From positions 1 through 47,489 of the forward strand of contig PKUF01000136.1 in the NCBI GenBank assembly GCA_002869635.1: a stretch of 47,489 bases of DNA. Direction: 5' to 3'. The stretch is from Desulfuromonas sp. (lineage in GTDB: Bacteria > Desulfobacterota > Desulfuromonadia > Desulfuromonadales > BM515). The notes beneath the pieces were generated by a model. The model was not told where the DNA came from. It did not search any database and saw only the letters and a list, made by a program, of their open reading frames with translations. The position numbers and the translations under genes were made by a program. Of the stretch, positions 43,594 to 47,489 are shown piece after piece (position 1 is the first letter of the stretch; every line of letters begins with the position of its first letter).

Positions 43594-44324
43594 TATCCCT
43601 CCAGCGCCAGCTCTTGCAGACGGACGATCTCGGCGCACCCTTTCAGGGCGAGATCACGCAGGGCGTCGAGCTCGGCGCCGGTGAACGGCTCATCCTCAGC
43701 CGTCCCCTGTACTTCAACGAAGCGACCGGAACCAGTGATAACAAAGTTCATATCGACCCCGGCGCGGGAATCTTCCTGATATTCAAGATCGAGCAGCGGC
43801 ACCCCATCGACAATGCCGACGCTGACCGCAGCAACACTCTCTTTCAGCGGAGAAGCCGGGAGCAGGCCACGCTTGACCAGCCCATTGAGGGCATCGGCGA
43901 GCGCCACATAGGCACCGCTGATCGAGGCGGTGCGGGTGCCGCCATCAGCTTGCAAAACGTCACAGTCGATGAGGATGGTGCGCTCACCAAGGGCTTCAAA
44001 GTCGATCACCGCCCGCAAGGAGCGACCGATCAGGCGTTGGATCTCGTGGGTGCGACCGCCGAGCTTCCCCCTGACCGCCTCACGCGGCGAGCGGCTGTGG
44101 GTGGCACGGGGGAGCATGGCGTACTCGGCGGTGACCCACCCTTTACCCTGTCCACGCAGAAAGGGGGGGACATTCTCTTCAACGGTGGCGTTACAAAGAA
44201 CCCGGGTCTCGCCGAAGCAGACCAGCACCGAACCTTCAGCGTAGCGGGTGAAATTGCGGGTAAAGGTGACAGGCCGCAGGGCATCAGCGCTGCGCTCGGT
44301 ACGACAAAAGGGGGTCTCACTCAC
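43593..44324 (-). CDS. rph: Ribonuclease PH
   Basis: [43 protein letters not shown]. Confidence 0.97.
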   Translation of the reverse strand: MSETPFCRTERSADALRPVTFTRNFTRYAEGSVLVCFGETRVLCNATVEENVPPFLRGQGKGWVTAEYAMLPRATHSRSPREAVRGKLGGRTHEIQRLIGRSLRAVIDFEALGERTILIDCDVLQADGGTRTASISGAYVALADALNGLVKRGLLPASPLKESVAAVSVGIVDGVPLLDLEYQEDSRAGVDMNFVITGSGRFVEVQGTAEDEPFTGAELDALRDLALKGCAEIVRLQELALEG

Positions 44325-45388
44325 AGGTTTTTCTCCTTCAACATCTGGATGTAGTTTTCAAGCCCTTCATAAAGGAGCGAAGCAACCGCTGCACTCCCTT
44401 CGGGATCGGTGAGCCGGGTCAACTCTTCGGGATTGGTCAGATAACCAACTTCCACCAGCACCGTCGGCAGACTGCCGCGACCTAGGGGCAAGAGCGGCGC
44501 GCGCAGCAGTGGCGGGGTCGCAGACTCATCACTCAGCGCCTGTTGCAGCGCCAGCGCCAATGTCTCGCTCCCATCGGCAATCGGCTCACCGGCAGCATCG
44601 CTTTGACGCGGCCGGATAAAAAGGACACTCCCCTTCGCTTCGGGAGAGAAGCTCCCTTGGGCGTGGAGGATAATGAGAATGTCGGCGTCATCGTTACGAG
44701 CCGGGGCGAAGTGTTGCTCGCGGGTCAGAGTGTAATCTTTATCACGGCTGAGATAAACCGGGATGTCGAGGTGCATCTTGATCTTTTTCTCGAGCTTCCC
44801 GGCAATCGCGAGAACAACATCTTTCTCTTTGACGCCATCGGGACCGATCACCCCGGTATCTTCACCGCCATGTCCGACGTCGATGGCAACACCGCGCAGG
44901 GTGGCGACCGCATCGCTGGCCTTGCGTTCAAGCAAGAAGGAGAAAAGACCGTCAAGCCCCTCTTCTTCGGCCTGATCAAGACGAGCCGGCGGCTCGAGAT
45001 TACGGTAATAGATCGGCTCATCAAGCAGGGCCGCGAGATGCATGATCACCATATCTTCAGCAAGACGCAGCTTGCCGTCGATAAAACGCGGCGGATGCTC
45101 CACCGGGATCATCTCTTCGCCAAGCCGCAAAAAATGGCTCCCCGGTGAGACAACCGCTCTCCCTCGTGGGGTACGAATACGATAAAGATGCTTGACCGAA
45201 TCCCACTTGCCAGTGAGCCCAAGCGGTTCAAGGACCTCGTCAGCAGGAAGGTAGGGGAGGCCGTCACGTAGATAGACCTCGTCAATCAGAGTCGGGGTGC
45301 GACTCCCCAGAGCAATCTCAACCTGCGCCGTGGCCGTAAGCGGTAGCACGAGCAGGAAAAGAACAAGAAATAGACAACAACGGTTCAT
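44321..45388 (-). CDS. N-acetylmuramoyl-L-alanine amidase (Amidase_3) with N-terminal accessory domain
   Basis: Signal peptide; [23 protein letters not shown]. Confidence 0.85.
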   Translation of the reverse strand: MNRCCLFLVLFLLVLPLTATAQVEIALGSRTPTLIDEVYLRDGLPYLPADEVLEPLGLTGKWDSVKHLYRIRTPRGRAVVSPGSHFLRLGEEMIPVEHPPRFIDGKLRLAEDMVIMHLAALLDEPIYYRNLEPPARLDQAEEEGLDGLFSFLLERKASDAVATLRGVAIDVGHGGEDTGVIGPDGVKEKDVVLAIAGKLEKKIKMHLDIPVYLSRDKDYTLTREQHFAPARNDDADILIILHAQGSFSPEAKGSVLFIRPRQSDAAGEPIADGSETLALALQQALSDESATPPLLRAPLLPLGRGSLPTVLVEVGYLTNPEELTRLTDPEGSAAVASLLYEGLENYIQMLKEKNL

Positions 45389-45466
45389 ACCGACCTCACA
45401 AAAAAAGAGCTCCTGTATACCCTCATCCCCCGTATCGAGTCAACGGCAGGGAGGCCGAGAACAGGT

Positions 45467-46504
45467 TTACACCTCGACCAGACGCTTACCGCGTCGGGCT
45501 TTCAGTTCGAGAGCGTCGATCAAGCGGCGGGTGAAGATCCGCTCAAGCTCTTTCTGATGTTTTTGACTGCGACGGGTCACCGGAATCTGCCCCCCGGCAA
45601 TCATGGCGTGCCCCCCGGCGGTTCCGTAACCGGCCGCCACCTTGCGAATCACCTCACCAACGCCGACATCATGGCAACTGGAGCGTATGGAGAGGAGGAT
45701 CTCATCGCGGTAACACCCCATGCCAAAGACGGTTTTAATCCCCTCGGCGGCGAGAAGAAAGTCGGCCATCTCGGCAACTGTATCGGGATTGTCGATGTTG
45801 TAGAGGTTAAAGACGAGCAAAGAGTCGTAAATACGAGCATTCTCCAACGCCCGATTAAAGACCCCAAAATAAGCACGAGCCCTCTTGGGATGGGTGATGC
45901 GATAGAGAATACGGTTATTACAGAGCTGGGCCAGCGACAGGTAGGCGGCGCGATCGGCCGCCCCCCCTTCCCGCCCCAGCTCTTGCGTCTCGGACTTGAT
46001 GGCGTAGTAGATGATTGTCGCCAGCTTGGTGTTCACCGAGACTTCCTGAGCCAACAGATATTGAAAAAGGATGGTGGCACAGGCACCAAAACCAACCCGC
46101 ACATCGCTGAAGCGACAGTCGCTGGTCGTCGGGCGCAGGGGATGATGGTCGATCACCAGATCGACGGGGCGTTCAACCGGCCAGGAGTTGTTGCCGGTCC
46201 CCGGCTGGGTATCGACCATGCAGACCACCGTATAGTCATCAGGACGAATCTTGGCGAAGGGGATGACGTTGATCTCGAGCTCCCGCACCATCGCCCGATT
46301 CTCGCCGCGGCCGATGATGCCGCCGAAGGTGATGGTCGCCTCCTGCCCGGTTTTAATAAGGAGAAGGTGCTTGAGGGCACAAGCCGAGGCAAGGGAGTCG
46401 GGATCGGGGTTGTCGTGGCAGACAATAAGTATCCGCCCCCGTCCCCGCACCCCTTCAACGATGGCCGCCGACAATTCGCGGGACCGGGTCATATCAACGC
46501 TCAT
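45467..46504 (-). CDS. DHH/DHHA1 phosphoesterase (NrnA-like)
   Basis: H.NPDPD, VDT, IDHH, S.RS, AGGH; ATGA overlap with upstream gene. Confidence 0.9.
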   Translation of the reverse strand: MSVDMTRSRELSAAIVEGVRGRGRILIVCHDNPDPDSLASACALKHLLLIKTGQEATITFGGIIGRGENRAMVRELEINVIPFAKIRPDDYTVVCMVDTQPGTGNNSWPVERPVDLVIDHHPLRPTTSDCRFSDVRVGFGACATILFQYLLAQEVSVNTKLATIIYYAIKSETQELGREGGAADRAAYLSLAQLCNNRILYRITHPKRARAYFGVFNRALENARIYDSLLVFNLYNIDNPDTVAEMADFLLAAEGIKTVFGMGCYRDEILLSIRSSCHDVGVGEVIRKVAAGYGTAGGHAMIAGGQIPVTRRSQKHQKELERIFTRRLIDALELKARRGKRLVEV

Positions 46505-46977
46505 AGCGTCACTCCTTGAGACGACGTGCAATGGAAACAGGCGAGACGGACGGCCTCTGCGGGCGAATCCGCGGTCATTACCCCTTCGAGATGCGACCAG
46601 CGGCCCAGAACCACCACCGGACGACCAATTTTAAGAGCGGCAGCAATCTCCGAAAGGGTTCCGTACTCCCCCTCGACCGCTACCAGAGCTGTCGCACTCT
46701 GAGCAATCACCACATTGCGGGCATGGCCAAGATTGGTCGGCAAGGCGTAGGTAAGATACGGATTCCCCGTCGCCGCATCGCTACCGGGGAGCAGGCCGAG
46801 GCTGACCCCACCGGCCTCTTGGCACCCTTTCGCCGCGGCTTCCATCACCCCACCAAGTCCGCCGCAAAGCAGGGTTGCCCCCTGTCGGGCAATCTCAGCC
46901 CCGACATCAAAGGCGAGCTCCGCCGTTGCCGTGTCGCAGCGACCGGCTCCAATCACGGCAATCAGGGTCTGCGGCAT
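46501..46977 (-). CDS. TIGR00725/LOG-family Rossmann-fold protein
   Basis: IAVIG, CGGLGGVMEAA, GLLP, ARN, YGTLSEI. Confidence 0.88.
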   Translation of the reverse strand: MPQTLIAVIGAGRCDTATAELAFDVGAEIARQGATLLCGGLGGVMEAAAKGCQEAGGVSLGLLPGSDAATGNPYLTYALPTNLGHARNVVIAQSATALVAVEGEYGTLSEIAAALKIGRPVVVLGRWSHLEGVMTADSPAEAVRLACFHCTSSQGVTL

Positions 46978-46990
46978 CGTTTTATCCTCA

Positions 46991-47489
46991 TCAATGTTTC
47001 AGTCCCCGAGCATAGCGTTTCAGCCAAAGACTGTTAAGCACCACCGAGACACTGGAAAAAGCCATCGCCAATCCAGCGAACTCGGGTTTGAGCTGCCATC
47101 CGAAGGGGGGATAGAAAAGCCCCGCCGCCAAGGGAATGCCGATGACATTGTAGAAGAACGCCCAGAAAAGGTTCTGGCGAACCTTGCCCAGTGTCTTGCG
47201 CCCGAGCCGAATTCCCCGCTCGATATCAAGCAAGTCACCACGCACCAACACCACCTCGCCGCTCTCCTTGGCGATATCACTGCCGCTACCGATGGCGATA
47301 CCGACATCCGCCTGGGCCAGTGCCGGAGCATCGTTGATGCCGTCGCCAACCATCGCCACCCGATAACCGGCACTCTGATAACGCCGTACTACCTCAAGTT
47401 TATCCACTGGCAGGACCTCGGCCTCGACCCCGTCGATGCCGATCCGATCAGCGACCGCCCGGGCAGCGGCAAAGCGATCACCGCTGACC
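46991..47489 (-). CDS. copA: Heavy-metal P1B-type ATPase, Cu(I)-type (3' part; begins outside window)
   Basis: SGD, AEVLP.DK, MVGDGINDAPALA, YN in TM7 and MAFSS in TM8 (P1B-1 ligands). Confidence 0.85.
   Translation of the reverse strand, partial: VSGDRFAAARAVADRIGIDGVEAEVLPVDKLEVVRRYQSAGYRVAMVGDGINDAPALAQADVGIAIGSGSDIAKESGEVVLVRGDLLDIERGIRLGRKTLGKVRQNLFWAFFYNVIGIPLAAGLFYPPFGWQLKPEFAGLAMAFSSVSVVLNSLWLKRYARGLKH

Overview
Chromosomal window from a Desulfuromonadales/Geobacter-like deltaproteobacterium (taxon inferred from gene content). Almost all genes are on the minus strand, and most of the window is one type IVa pilus supercluster. In transcription order: P1B Cu-ATPase (3' part), TIGR00725/LOG protein, DHH phosphoesterase, amidase, rph, rdgB | (plus strand) His-rich ferredoxin, MFS | sensor kinase, sigma54 response regulator, pilV-pilW-pilX-pilY1, Ig/cadherin-like lipoprotein, fimU/fimT, DUF1015, orphan ParM/StbA-like actin, rnr, ribF, aroE, pilB-pilT-pilC-pilS-pilR, a second short pilin, the short aromatic-rich pilA-N, pilA-C, xapB/C/D-like ABC system, a TMTC-like GT-C/TPR protein, a UbiA-family polyprenyl-phosphate phosphoribosyltransferase, an AT-rich glycan cassette (Wzx, methyltransferase, AsnB, DUF616, two GT2), a GT9 frameshifted at a G10 tract, pilD, an XRE HTH gene, and pilM-pilN-pilO(partial). 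Highlights: (1) a candidate lipid-linked pentose protein-glycosylation system next to the pilins; (2) two divergent 59-residue short pilins with different promoters but one PilA-C; (3) a Gly->Cys change in the PilT Walker A; (4) a homopolymer frameshift in a GT9 whose natural stop overlaps the pilD start; (5) an orphan actin inside the pilus cluster; (6) three sigma54 promoters and a perfect 22-bp inverted repeat. No rRNA, tRNA, CRISPR or IS element was seen. All calls come from reading motifs and synteny by eye; no database searches were run.
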